DNA from: Octopus vulgaris
Lineage: Eukaryota
Length of the DNA: 64,000 nucleotides
Direction: 5' to 3'
Assembly (NCBI GenBank): GCA_951406725.2
Contig: OX597833.1
Location: 59,582,001-59,646,000 of the forward strand
The position numbers were made by a program, and so were the translations under genes. This document shows positions 38,880 to 50,230 of the stretch, piece by piece. Numbering within the stretch: the stretch's first letter is position 1; each line of letters begins with the position of its first letter. The notes under the pieces are model-generated. The model saw only the letters and a program-made list of their open reading frames with translations. It searched no databases and was not told the origin of the DNA.

Positions 38880-41640
38880 TACATAATTAGGACAAAATCA
38901 TTAATTTATGATTTATCTGTGGCCAGCGTACAAAAAAACCCATATGGGTTAAATTAATATTTAAAGTATAATCATAAAAGTATAATTATAATGAAACGTG
39001 AAGTATATTTGCCACCTAAATCTGGCTAACCCTTAAGGGTTGATGCTACTGTAGCTATACCTCACTCAGAGATTTATTACCGCTTATAATAAAACGGTGC
39101 TGAAGGAACAGCACCCGTATGCTAGAAATAGACACCAAATGACTACAAACCACTTAAGTTATTACTCTGTTTAACACGCGGCTGTATGCAAAGAAAATGG
39201 ACAGAAAGGATTTATAAAAATACTGCGGACAACCCTATATCTTAAGATTTCATGTTTCGTAGTATTAAACTTGCTTTACAATCTCCAGTAGAGTATACCA
39301 ACCATAAATAAATGAGAAATACATATACACACCCATAGATATATAGTCGTGAAAATACAAATATATACATATTTCTTTATTACCCACAAGGGGCTAAACA
39401 CAGAGGGGACAAACAAGGACAGACATAGGTATTAAGTCGATTACATCGACCCCAGTGCGTAACTCGTACTTAATTTATCGACCCCGAAAGGATGAAAGGC
39501 AGAGTCGACCTCGGCGGAATTTGAACTCACAACGTAACGGCAGACGAAATACCGCTAAGCATTTCGCCTGGCATGCTAACGTTTCTGCCAGCTCGCCGCC
39601 TTACAAATATATATAGCCTTGTGTTAAACAGAGTAATAACTGAAGTGGTTTGACATATATTTCTAGCATACAGGTGCTGTCCTTTCAGTGCCCTTTTATT
39701 ATTATTATTATACTTTTATAATTATACTTTAAATATTAATTTAACTTGTATGGGTTTTTTTGTATGCTGGCCACTGGTAAATCATTAATTAATGACTTTA
39801 TCCTAATTATGTATAAATATATATTCATTCACTCAACAAGTAATTAGAAATGTTTAATGACAACGGAGATTGTTATTTCTGAAATTTGTTTTTTTGTTGT
39901 TGTTGTTTTTTTTTTTACCATTTCCAGGTGGACATAATGGACCACACTGGTCAGCGGGGTAGTTACGGCGTTCTGGTGATTCAGAGTCCGACATCTGCCA
40001 GCATTCAGCAGGAGTTCCTGACGGGATCAGCACCAGTGACCCCTACAACACCAACCAATCCAGAAATAAAACCAGCCACAGCAACAGAACTGACTAAAAT
40101 CAATGAACAAGAGGTGAAATATAAAGGTCACATTTACAAAGTTCAAGTTCCGAAAATGTCATCGGTTAAAAGTAAGTAAAAAACACTGCAAATATGCATC
40201 ATACGGGTGAGGAGTGTGGGTGGTTAATATAGAGATATAGATATAGAGACAGGTAGTGATATACACTCTGTGTGTGTGTGCGTGCGTGCGTGCATGCATG
40301 CGTGTGATTATTCAGTTTTATTTTAAGATTTCTTGCCAATAGAGAAAAAGCCAGTATGTATGTATAATAATAATAATAATAATAATAAAACATTGTGTAC
40401 AGTGCTCAGGTGCACTACAACTCATCTAAAGTGTATGTATAATCAGGTGTAGTTTTGGCGGATTTTGGAAAGCATGAGGGCCTTAAAGGATGCAGTGTCA
40501 TGGCAGTCAACAACTGACGCAGGCAGTTTGTTCCATGCTTCAGCAACTCTGAGCGTGAAAAAATGTTTCCGAAAGTCATGGGGGCTGTGTTGTTTTCTGA
40601 CCTTGTAGGCATGTCCACGTGTGTTAGACACATGGAGATCAAAAAGGTGTTCGGTGTTGTTGTTGGTGAGGTGGTTGATAACTTTGTGAGTGTTTACCAA
40701 GTCCATCGCCAGATGCCGGAGCTTCAGTGAATCCATGCCCAGGGAAACAAGGTGCTCAGAGTATGGTAGGTGTCTGATGGAGGGTATGTGTGTATGTGTG
40801 TGTGTGTGTGTATATAGTATTTTATAAGCTTAAAGTATATAAGCAATCACCGTGCAATGACTAAAAAAAGTAGTCTAATAATGAAGCATATAAGCCCTCG
40901 ACAGAAAAAAAGGAAGTTTTCCTGTACACGTGGGACTCGAACCCACATCTCTTTGATTTTGCAACAGGTGTGCTAGCCATTTACACCAACATACAACCTT
41001 GCTTTTTGCCACTAGATTTAGGAACTATAATTACTATTATTATTATTTACAGAATTGTAAAATTTGATGCTGCTTAACAAAAACCATCGCAGTAAAAGCA
41101 CATGAAAGTCTGTTTACAAAAACAACACTAAAAACTAATTACAGTTCTGAAATCTGATGGAAAGAAGCAAGGTTGTACGTTGGTATAAATGGCTAACACA
41201 CTTGTTGCAAAAACAAAGAGACGGAGGTTCAAGTCCCATGTGTTTGGGAAAACCTACTTTTTCCTGATGAAGGGATATACATAATATCCCAGAAACAGCT
41301 GTAAGACTATATCTATATCTTTTTTCCTTATCTCTCTCTATCCGCTCAGTCGAAGTTGACTCTCGGTCACTCGTTGGATCAGTGTCCTCCGGTCAGTTCT
41401 ATCCTGGGCCACTTCCTTCAGATTGGCCATGTCCATTCCGGTATCACTCCTGATGGTGTCAAGCCAGCGGGTTCTTGGTCGGCCTCTTCCTCTCTTGCCA
41501 CTGACCATTCCGAGCATGGTGTCCTTCTCCAGGGATTTTCTCCGCATAATATGACCGAAATATGCCAAATATACCCCATTAGTAGGCTATTTTCTTTAGT
41601 TATGGCACGATGATCACTTAAAAGCTTTAAGCTTATAAAA

Positions 41641-41680
<40 letters not shown>

Positions 41681-41731
41681 TATAGAATTGTAAAAATCAA
41701 CACCGCTTAACAAAACCCATCGCAGTGAAAG

Positions 41732-41800
<69 letters not shown>

Positions 41801-44033
41801 CAACATATGCATACATACATACATACATACACAGTGGAGGCGCAATGGCCCAGTGGTTAGGGCAGCGGACTCGCGGTAATAGGATCGCGGTTTCGATTCC
41901 CAGACCGGGCGTTGTGAGTGTTTATTGAGCGAAAACACCTAAAGCTCCACGAGGCTCCGGCAGGGGATGGTGGTGATCCCTGCTGTACTCTTTCACCACA
42001 ACTTACTCTTACTTCCTGTTTCTGTTGTACCTGTATTTCAAAGGGCCGGCCTTGTCACACTCTGTGTCACGCTGAATATCCCCGAGAACTACTTTAAGGA
42101 TACACGTGTCTGTGGAGTGCTCAGCTACTTACACGTTAATTTCACGAGCAGGCTGTTCCGTTGATTCAGATCAACCGGAACCCTCGTCGTCGTAACCGAC
42201 GGAGTGCTTCCACATACATTCATACATACATATTGTAATAACAATAATCCTTGGACGGAATTTATCAACATTTTTAATGTGTGTGTGTGTGTTTTGTTTG
42301 TGTATGTTTTGTTTGACATGTATCTTGAAAATATATCTCTCGAACCATACTGTTGATAAAACTTCAAATTTTAGGTTAGGAATTCAAACAGTATTTGTAA
42401 CTCTGAACATGATTGTAATATCTAACAAACATCTCTTATCTTCCAGGAGCCCTGTTATTGCGGTGGGAAGCAACAAAATGTGTCTGGCCTTACATGATTT
42501 CTCTTGGAATGGCTTATTTTGTAACCTTGCTTCTGTTTCCCGGTGTCGAATCCCAAATCATCAGCTGTCGACTCCGAAGCTGGACACCGGTCATTCTAAT
42601 GGCTATATTTAATTTATTTGATTTCATTGGCAAAGTAAGTATCACTTATTTCTCTCTTCCTAAATCAGGTTTTACTAGAATGGCTTGATTTAATCAAGCT
42701 GAAATAGCTCAGTTGAGAGAGCATTAGACTGAAAATTTAAAGGTCCCTGATTCAGTCCCAGGTTTCAGCATTCAGTGGCTGCTCTACTATATAGGTGCAG
42801 GTGTGGCTGTGTGGTTAGAAGCTTGCTTCTCAACTAAATGGTTCTGTGTATACATACACACACATATGTGCACATACATCTATTTAACCATCTCGCATCG
42901 TCTCTGATGAAGGGATATACATAATATCCCAGAAACAGCTGTTAGACTATATCTATATCTTTTTTCCTTATCTCTCTCTCTCTCTCTATCCGCTCAGTCG
43001 AAGTCGACTCGCGGTCACTTGTTGGATCAGTGTCCTCCGGTCAGTTCTATCCTGGGCCGCTTCCTTCAGATTGGCCATGTCCATTACAGTATCACTCCTG
43101 ATGGTGTCAAGCCAGCGGGTTCTTGGTCGGCCTCTTCCTCTCTTGCCACTGACCATTCCGAGCATGGTGTCCTTCTCCAGGGATTTTCTCCGCATAACAT
43201 GACCGAAATATGCCAGTCTACGCTTGGTGATCTCAGAATACCAAAAGAAGCTGTACATGTGTTTCATCGATTACTCCAAAGCCTTTGACAGCATTGATCA
43301 TGACAAGTTATGGAAATGTCTGGAGGAAATGGGAACACCTTTACACCTTGTCCAGCTTATTAGATCACTCTATCAAAACCAAGAGGCTACAGTACGGACA
43401 CCATATGGCGACACTGATTGGTTTTTCCTTATAAATGTCATGTAAACTAATGCCAAAGCAGACATTGGCACTTAGCACAGCCCTCTTGCTTATCAGTTCA
43501 TGTCAGATTGTCCAATCCATGCCAGCATGGAAAAGGGGACATTTCATGATGATGATGACAATGATAGTGATGATTTCTCCTCTCTTCCACTCATGGAAAA
43601 AATGTACTTTAAATCTTCATTGTTAAAAAAAAGGTAACACCTTTATAGAACATTTTAATTAAAATTTTAATTGTAATTAAAAAGTAATTAAATTGTGATT
43701 GCTTGCAGGTAATTGCTGCCATTCCTTATGACTGGCCCCGAGGTCGTCTTATCCTGTTTACTTGTTTTCGAATTCTCTTGGTTCCCATGATGATGATGTG
43801 TGTCCTGCCAGTACACAAGCCAACACTAAACGGTGAGGGATATGCTGTCTTAGCGTCTCTCTTATTGGGGGTCACCAATGGATATTTCGGCAGTGTTCCC
43901 ATGATCCTGGCACCAATGAAAGTGTCCAGTGAGAAAAAGGAAATCACAGGTATACTTCTCCTTCATTTCTCTTTCTCCCTTTGTAGTAGTAGTAGTGGTA
44001 GTGGTGGTGGTGGTGGTGGCGGCGGCGGCAGTG

Positions 44034-44085
<52 letters not shown>

Positions 44086-44105
44086 CGGCGGCAGCGGCGG
44101 CGGTG

Positions 44106-44145
<40 letters not shown>

Positions 44146-44174
44146 TGGTGGTGGCGGCGGCAGCGGCGGCGGTG

Positions 44175-44249
<75 letters not shown>

Positions 44250-45499
44250 ATAGCAGCAGCAGCAGCAGTAACAGCAGCAGCAGCAGCACCACCACCACCA
44301 CCACTGTTTTTGATGTTATTGTTTAGCCATAGGGCAGCCCTGATCCTTGAAGCCTATGATCAAGGTGTTCCATCCATGACCAGCCAGGTGATAATTCAGA
44401 CATAGTGTATCTAAGAGTACATGATTTAATATATCATTCCTCGTTCTTGTTGTTGTTGTTATTGTTGTTGTTGTTGTTGTTCAGCCCCAGACCAGCCTAT
44501 GATCCATGATGCTCTCACCATGGCCGTTCACTCTGTTATTCAGACATAATATATCTAGGAGTACATTAGTCAATGTGCGGCCGGTAAAAGCATTTACCCA
44601 TTGCCACAACTTAAGTGTCAGATGAGAAAGCTACAGCTGGCCATAACAATGACCAGTGAAATTCTTCAAATTTGAGCATTTATAATAATAATAATGAAAG
44701 TATTGTATACAGTGCTCAGGTGCACCACAACTTGTCAGAAAGTGTGTATAAAGTATATGCAGTAATGTACAAATGTCTGGGAAGTGAACAGTGTATGAGT
44801 CAGATACATGCTTGTGTGTGTATGGAGGGGAGAAAATCAGGTGTAGTGTTGACGAATCTCAGAAAGCATGGAAGTTTTGAAGGATGCAGTGCTCCGACAA
44901 CTAACAACTGATGCCGGCAGTTTGTTCCATGCTTCAGCAACTCTCAGCGTGAAAAAAATGTTTCCTAAAGTCATGGGAGCTGTGCTGTTTTCTGACTTTG
45001 TAAATATGTCCATGGGTGTTAGACGGGTGGAGTTTGAAGACGTTTAACCCGCCAGCATTCAGATTACGCTGTCAAACGTAATATTTATTTATTAACATTT
45101 TATAAAATTAAACCCAGGATTATTTTGTAGCTTTGATATTTTGAGACTGCATGCAACAACATACAAGCTTAACCATATACACACACATACAAACACAATC
45201 ACAGACATACATGCACACAAGTTCAACCACACACACACACACACAAGCGTACACATAGATGCAAACACACAAACACAAGTGCAACAGCACACACAATCAC
45301 ACACACAAACAACCACACATACACACAAGCATACAGCAACATACAACCTTAACCATTACACATTATCGTCTTCGTCATCATTATCCTCCTCCTCCTCATC
45401 ATCATCATCATCATCATCATCATCACCATCATCATTATCATCATCATCATCATCACCATCATCATCATCACCATCATCATCATTATCATCATTATCATC

Positions 45500-45531
<32 letters not shown>

Positions 45532-46116
45532 TATCATCATCATCATTATCATCATCATCATTATCATCATCATCATCATCATCATCATTACCATCATCAT
45601 CTTTATCCTCATCATAATTATCAGCCTTCTCTTCCTCATTCTCATCATCCTCATAATTGTCACCATCATCATTATCATCATCAACATCATCATCATCATC
45701 ATTCTCTTCCCCATTCTCAACGTCCTTATTATCATTCCCCGTCGTCATCATCACCATCATCATCATCATCACAATAGCTTCACTGGATTTCTGCTTCCAT
45801 TATTACATTTTATTGTCTCACATAATCATCATCATTATTATTATTATCATTAACATAACCATCATCCTCATTCATCACCATCATCATCATCACAATAGTT
45901 TCACCAGATCTCTGCTTCCATTTTTTTTACTTATTTTACTGTTTCTCATAATCATCATCATTATCATCATCATCATCATCAACATTACCATCATCATCAT
46001 CATCATCATCATCAATAGTTTCACTGGATTCCTGCTTCCATTATTTTATTTTACTGTTTCTCATAATCATCATCATTATCATCATCATCATCATCAACAT
46101 TACCATCATCATGATT

Positions 46117-46150
<34 letters not shown>

Positions 46151-46519
46151 CAATAATTTCACTGGATTTCTGCTTCTGTTTATTTCATTTTACTGTCTGA
46201 TTATTAATTTATTGTTATTGTTGTTGTTGTTGTTTTGATATACTGCCTTCCATCTTCTCCTGCCTTCTTCTTCTTCTTCTTCCCAGGTAACATCATGATG
46301 TTTTCCTACAGTATCGGAATGACTACCGGCAGCATTGGGGCCTACATCCTTGACTACTTCATCGGCGCCAACTCAGTGGAGTCGATTTGTACCGCAGCTA
46401 TCCACCCCCACCATCCTGCCCTCACCAACATCGCGGGACACCACATGGCACCGTCAATACCAGCCTCGTTGAATGCTACAAGCATGTTATCAAACTTTAC
46501 TAACCTCTCCGTCAACTAA
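27785..46519 (+). CDS. SLC29A4: Equilibrative nucleoside transporter 4 (ENT4/PMAT-like), spliced gene: join(27785..27997,30944..31199,33915..33989,36413..36663 or 36672,39928..40171,42447..42634,43709..43949,46287..46519)
   Basis: ENT4-diagnostic motifs [84 protein letters not shown]. All GT-AG boundaries with compatible phases (0,1,1,0,1,0,1). 1701 or 1710 nt including stop. Confidence 0.95.
28739..29122 (+). mobile_element. tRNA-derived SINE family C
   Basis: TGGCCCAGTGGTTAGGGCAGC head; TSD ATGCTGATATT. Other copies: 32398-32768+, 41834-42212+, 34820-34975-. Confidence 0.85.
30432..30845 (+). mobile_element. tRNA-derived SINE family A, full-length example
   Basis: A/B-box head GGCTGTGTGG...GGTTCAGTCCC, CORE-like CCTTGGGCAAGTG, central (TA)n. 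Other copies: 14993-15375+, 16640-17371-, 17775-18187-, 22600-23007-, 26705-27200+, 31263-31680+, 35243-35672+, 57280-57700+. Confidence 0.9.
30944..31199 (+). CDS. SLC29A4: ENT4 coding exon 2 ([16 protein letters not shown]...VAVGST)
   Basis: Acceptor ctctctcttgtag|GAC; donor A|GTAAGT; 256 nt; matches ENT4 TM2-TM4. Confidence 0.95.
32120..33050. repeat. Degenerate minisatellite of about 27 bp (CAGTAATGGTCAGTCTATCAACTGAGA), interrupted by SINE C
   Basis: Recurring GGTCAGT(C/T)TATCA units. Confidence 0.7.
33410..33880. repeat. About 21-bp pyrimidine-rich minisatellite (TCTGTCCTATATTCCCACCAT)
   Basis: Tandem copies ending about 35 nt before the exon 3 acceptor. Confidence 0.85.
33915..33989 (+). 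CDS. SLC29A4: ENT4 coding exon 3 ([25 protein letters not shown])
   Basis: Acceptor ccattgtag|TT; donor A|GTAAGT; 75 nt, phase 1/1; near-identical to the ENT4 signature. Confidence 0.95.
35708..36345. repeat. (CAC/CTA)n trinucleotide array
   Basis: Simple repeat immediately upstream of exon 4; one of many (TA)n, (CA)n, (CAT)n, (TAG)n, (CTT)n and (ATCT)n tracts in the window. Confidence 0.95.
36413..36672 (+). CDS. SLC29A4: ENT4 coding exon 4 ([15 protein letters not shown]...FTEE[VSL])
   Basis: Acceptor ttctgcaaatag|GT; two in-frame GTAAGC donors at 36664 and 36673; TM5-TM6 and start of the large loop. Confidence 0.9.
36741..38303. repeat. 25-bp tandem satellite (AATAAAAGGGATCAGTTTTAAAGTC), about 62 copies
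   Basis: Direct periodicity of 25 with few variants. Confidence 0.97.
38592..38814. mobile_element. hAT (Charlie-like) MITE
   Basis: CAGTGGTTTTCAA...TTGAAAAGCACTG termini, 8-bp TSD ATCTATAT. Confidence 0.8.
39928..40171 (+). CDS. SLC29A4: ENT4 coding exon 5 ([14 protein letters not shown]...SSVK), cytoplasmic TM6-7 loop
   Basis: Acceptor tttccag|GTG; donor A|GTAAGT; 244 nt, phase 0/1 bridges exons 4 and 6; S/T/P-rich loop. Confidence 0.85.
40392..40785 (-). mobile_element. CR1-clade LINE 3' fragment
   Basis: [13 protein letters not shown]...[21 protein letters not shown]. Confidence 0.85.
41264..41307 (+). ncRNA. Minimal type I hammerhead ribozyme motif (intron 5), 5' strand of stem I missing
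   Basis: Same core and stems as 42904-42947 but GTA triplet; preceded by TTTTC instead of GTCT. Confidence 0.6.
41338..41568 (-). mobile_element. RTE-clade LINE 3' fragment joined to a hammerhead
   Basis: [36 protein letters not shown]. Confidence 0.85.
42447..42634 (+). CDS. SLC29A4: ENT4 coding exon 6 ([17 protein letters not shown]...FDFIGK)
   Basis: Acceptor ttccag|GA; donor AAA|GTAAGT; [10 protein letters not shown] and FNLFDFIGK motifs. Confidence 0.95.
42698..42770 (+). tRNA. tRNA-Phe(GAA), probably a pseudogene
   Basis: 73 nt colinear with the metazoan tRNA-Phe consensus; acceptor stem GCTGAAA/TTTCAGC intact; D-loop GG and T-arm (GATTCAGTCC) mutated. Confidence 0.8.
42900..42947 (+). 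ncRNA. Minimal type I hammerhead ribozyme motif (intron 6)
   Basis: GTCT-CTGATGA-A-GGGATAT/ATATCCC-A-GAAA, palindrome ACAGCTGT, GTT triplet, AGAC closing stem I. Confidence 0.7.
42986..43422 (-). mobile_element. RTE-clade LINE fragment with inverted RT segment
   Basis: 3' end on the minus strand 42986-43231; RT piece [26 protein letters not shown]...DTDWF on the plus strand 43232-43422. Confidence 0.85.
43709..43949 (+). CDS. SLC29A4: ENT4 coding exon 7 ([12 protein letters not shown]...KEIT)
   Basis: Acceptor ttgcag|GTA; donor G|GTATAC; [16 protein letters not shown] motif. Confidence 0.95.
44683..45044 (-). mobile_element. CR1-clade LINE 3' fragment (same family as 40392)
   Basis: Shared sequence GGCAGTTTGTTCCATGCTTCAGCAACTCT and 3' UTR TACAGTGCTCAGGTGCAC; a related 3' end lies near 13950-14010. 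Confidence 0.75.
46287..46519 (+). CDS. SLC29A4: ENT4 coding exon 8 ([16 protein letters not shown]...NLSVN*)
   Basis: Acceptor ttcttcccag|GT; TM11 motif; TAA at 46517-46519. Confidence 0.92.
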
Positions 46520-46658
46520 CAGAAGACGGGGCTCTTCGTGGCATAAGGCACAGATTGTGAAGCCAAACAGAACAAGGGAGAAGCTTTTTCTTATTTAATC
46601 AAACTTCTATGTATATCTTTGGTTTATTTACGTGTAGCATCAATACAGCATGTGAGGG

Positions 46659-46689
<31 letters not shown>

Positions 46690-46925
46690 TTGTGTGTGTT
46701 TGTGTGTGAGAGAGAGTATGTGAACTTGTGTGTATGTGTGTGCATGTATATGTTTGTGTGTGTGTCTATAAATATATATATATGTATATATTATATATAT
46801 ATGCATGCATATTTACATATACACATCTATATAATTCACATAAAGCTAATATCCAAATACACACACACACACACATATGTATGTATGTATATATGTATAT
46901 ATGTATGTATATATGTATGTATATA

Positions 46926-46969
<44 letters not shown>

Positions 46970-47005
46970 TATATATATGTATATATATTTATATATATAT
47001 ATATT

Positions 47006-47039
<34 letters not shown>

Positions 47040-47326
47040 TGTATGTATGTATGTTTATTTTTAAACCAGAATGTTGTTGACAATGGCTTCAAAGTTTCAG
47101 CTAGTTGAGCTAGCATCAGATGATTGTTTAACTGGATAAAGCTTCGAAGTTACTGTCAACAACATTTTTGTTGGAGAATAAACTTGTACTCGACAAACTT
47201 ATAGGGTAACTGCTCAGATTAATGTAAAATCGTCTTTATTGTAACTAAGCCTAAGAACAAACATACACACACACACACACACACACACACTAAGTGGTTA
47301 ACTCTAATTTTCACCCTCATCTATGA

Positions 47327-47357
<31 letters not shown>

Positions 47358-48079
47358 TATATATACCCCCACACACACATAATGGGTTATTAGAGCATAT
47401 CAAAAATGCATATAATGGATGCAGGCAATTAGTATTCTGACATGATCTGATACCTAAAATCTGGTGTCAAATGATGAGAGATGAAATCTAAGCAAACAAG
47501 AGTTCAGTATAGACAATGTTCCAATCAAGCTAATGAACATGTGATAAAATAAAAAGTGGACAACTTGTTGTTAATGCAATCAAAACGTTTATAAAATAGC
47601 TATACAGAAATGCATATAAATATAATTAAGCAGAAAAACAGAAAAATCAGGAAGACAAAAGATCAAAGTAGGTCGTTAGAGACAGGTAAATATCTGGAGG
47701 GTTCATACTCTCATATTGCAGGTAAAAGAGAGGAGAATCAAAGTAGTCCTATGAAGTAGTTCTTCATAAATAAGTAGATAGCCACAGGGTTCATACGCTA
47801 GCCTTGCAGATAAGACACGGGAGAATATAAGTAATTCTTTACAGCTGTTTCTGGGGTTTGGTGGCCAGTAAGTGCAGTAGTGAACATTGTGTGCACATAT
47901 ACATGAAGTAAATTGGTGGTAGCAAATGTATATAACACAAATATAGATTGTATTATTACTCACACAATCAGTGAGTGCTTGATTGTGTTTATACTGACAT
48001 CTTTATAATTATTTTATAAATGCTTGGATGCCATAAATAATGCCTGTCTATCTCTTTATATATATATATATATTATATG

Positions 48080-48255
48080 TAGAAAAATACAAACTGGGAC
48101 AAGAACGTAAAACATTTAGAAGATGATACAAAAAACACGGACGGGACATTCGAAGCCTTCAATCTTCAGTCAAGAACCGGATCATCCTCGCAATTTCGGC
48201 TGATTAATCTTGAGATTGCTCCGATCCGGCCAGCCCCAAGGAAAAACTTTGGCCT
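48080..48255. mobile_element. Repeat family G associated with (TA)n
   Basis: Homologous copies at 16890-17030 (same orientation) and 25820-26000 (opposite), each next to (TA)n. Confidence 0.7.
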
Positions 48256-48342
<87 letters not shown>

Positions 48343-48426
48343 TGAATATGTGTGTATGTATTATGTATTAAATATTATTTTGAATAAATAAATATATATA
48401 TGTATGTATGTATATTTGTGTGTAGA

Positions 48427-48488
<62 letters not shown>

Positions 48489-48581
48489 CATGTATATACA
48501 TGTGTATATGTATATATATATGTACGTATATATATGTATATACATTCATATATATATATATATATGTATGTATATGTGTAT

Positions 48582-48622
<41 letters not shown>

Positions 48623-48904
48623 GAAAGAGATATGCATACATATAGATACATATATACACACATACATATGCATTATAGGGTGTAGTTAAACAACTGATGA
48701 ATTAGCCTGCATTTTCAATAAGGTCTCTGTAAATATAGACTATAGAAGCAGAGAATGAATATAATTTATATAATTTACTTAAATCAATCTCCATGAATCT
48801 CATTGATTAGAAGGACGTTTTGGTTGGATAAGTGGCTTTTAAAGATATTGCTTATGATAAATTATATCTAAATTTGTATCTGCCTCTGTATCCCTCCGTA
48901 GGTG

Positions 48905-48938
<34 letters not shown>

Positions 48939-49049
48939 TGCAGGCACATGGATACATGTATATTATTTGCCAAGAAGCTGCATTGATTGAAGGGCCTACA
49001 GTTCTGTGTCAATATACAATATTCACTTTGTGTGTGTGTGTATATATAT

Positions 49050-49135
<86 letters not shown>

Positions 49136-49212
49136 GTGTGTGTGTGTATCTTTGTGTGTATATATGTATGTATGTATATATATGTATATATGTGTGTGTG
49201 TGTATGTGTATG

Positions 49213-49254
<42 letters not shown>

Positions 49255-49799
49255 TAAAAATGGTAAGATAACAAAAGAAAAGAAAGAGACCTCAATATTA
49301 TGTAAAAAGAGGAAGTTATATATATATATATATATACACAAACACACACACCCTCATACATATATACATGCATATAATATGTATATATAATATATATATA
49401 TAATATATATATATGTGTAATATATATGTATGTATATATAAATATGTGTATTTATGTATATATATATATATAAATATATATATGCATGCATACAACTATA
49501 TATATGCATTTACATATATGTGTATGTACATGCAGATATTTGCTTGTCTGTGTGTTTGTATATGACTGCTGTATGTGTTGCGGATTTTGTGTATGTGTGT
49601 GTTTTTCATATTCAAGCGACCGTTTTATAATCATTGATCTGAATCAAAATTATTTTGCAAAATTATGTCCTTTTTTTCTGTTCCGTTCCATCATTAATGA
49701 AGCCATTCAATGGCTCTTGTTTATTTTGGGCTACATGTTCACTGTTTTTGGGGTACATGTCCTTTGTTTTACTAGTTAACTATAAGCAACTAAAATAAC

Positions 49800-50230
49800 A
49801 CTAGATGCACATGATTCTGTGAAGTTCATGAATACATGGTGATTATTTACTGAGGTCTTTTGTTAACAGGTTATGAGAAATCCATGAACAGTCACATGAT
49901 GTTTCTTGTTAACTAAATATCAGACATTCATGAACATTCACTGATCTCTTCTGTTAACTGACTGTGACACGGTCATCAACGTTCATTGATGTCCTGTGTT
50001 AATGGACTGTGAGAGATGCATGAACACTCACTGGTGTTTCCTGTTAACTGATAACCAGGCATTTATGAACACTCATTGATTCCTCTTGTTAACTGACTGT
50101 CACTCATCCATCAATGTTCACTGATGTCTTTGTTAACTGACTGTCAGACATTCATCAATGTTCACTGATGTCCTTTGTTAACTGACTCTCAGATATTGAA
50201 GAACACTCACTGATGTCTCCTGTTAACTGT
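49800..50230. repeat. Degenerate minisatellite of about 42 bp
   Basis: Recurring TTCACTGATGTC...TGTTAACTGACTGT. Confidence 0.7.
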
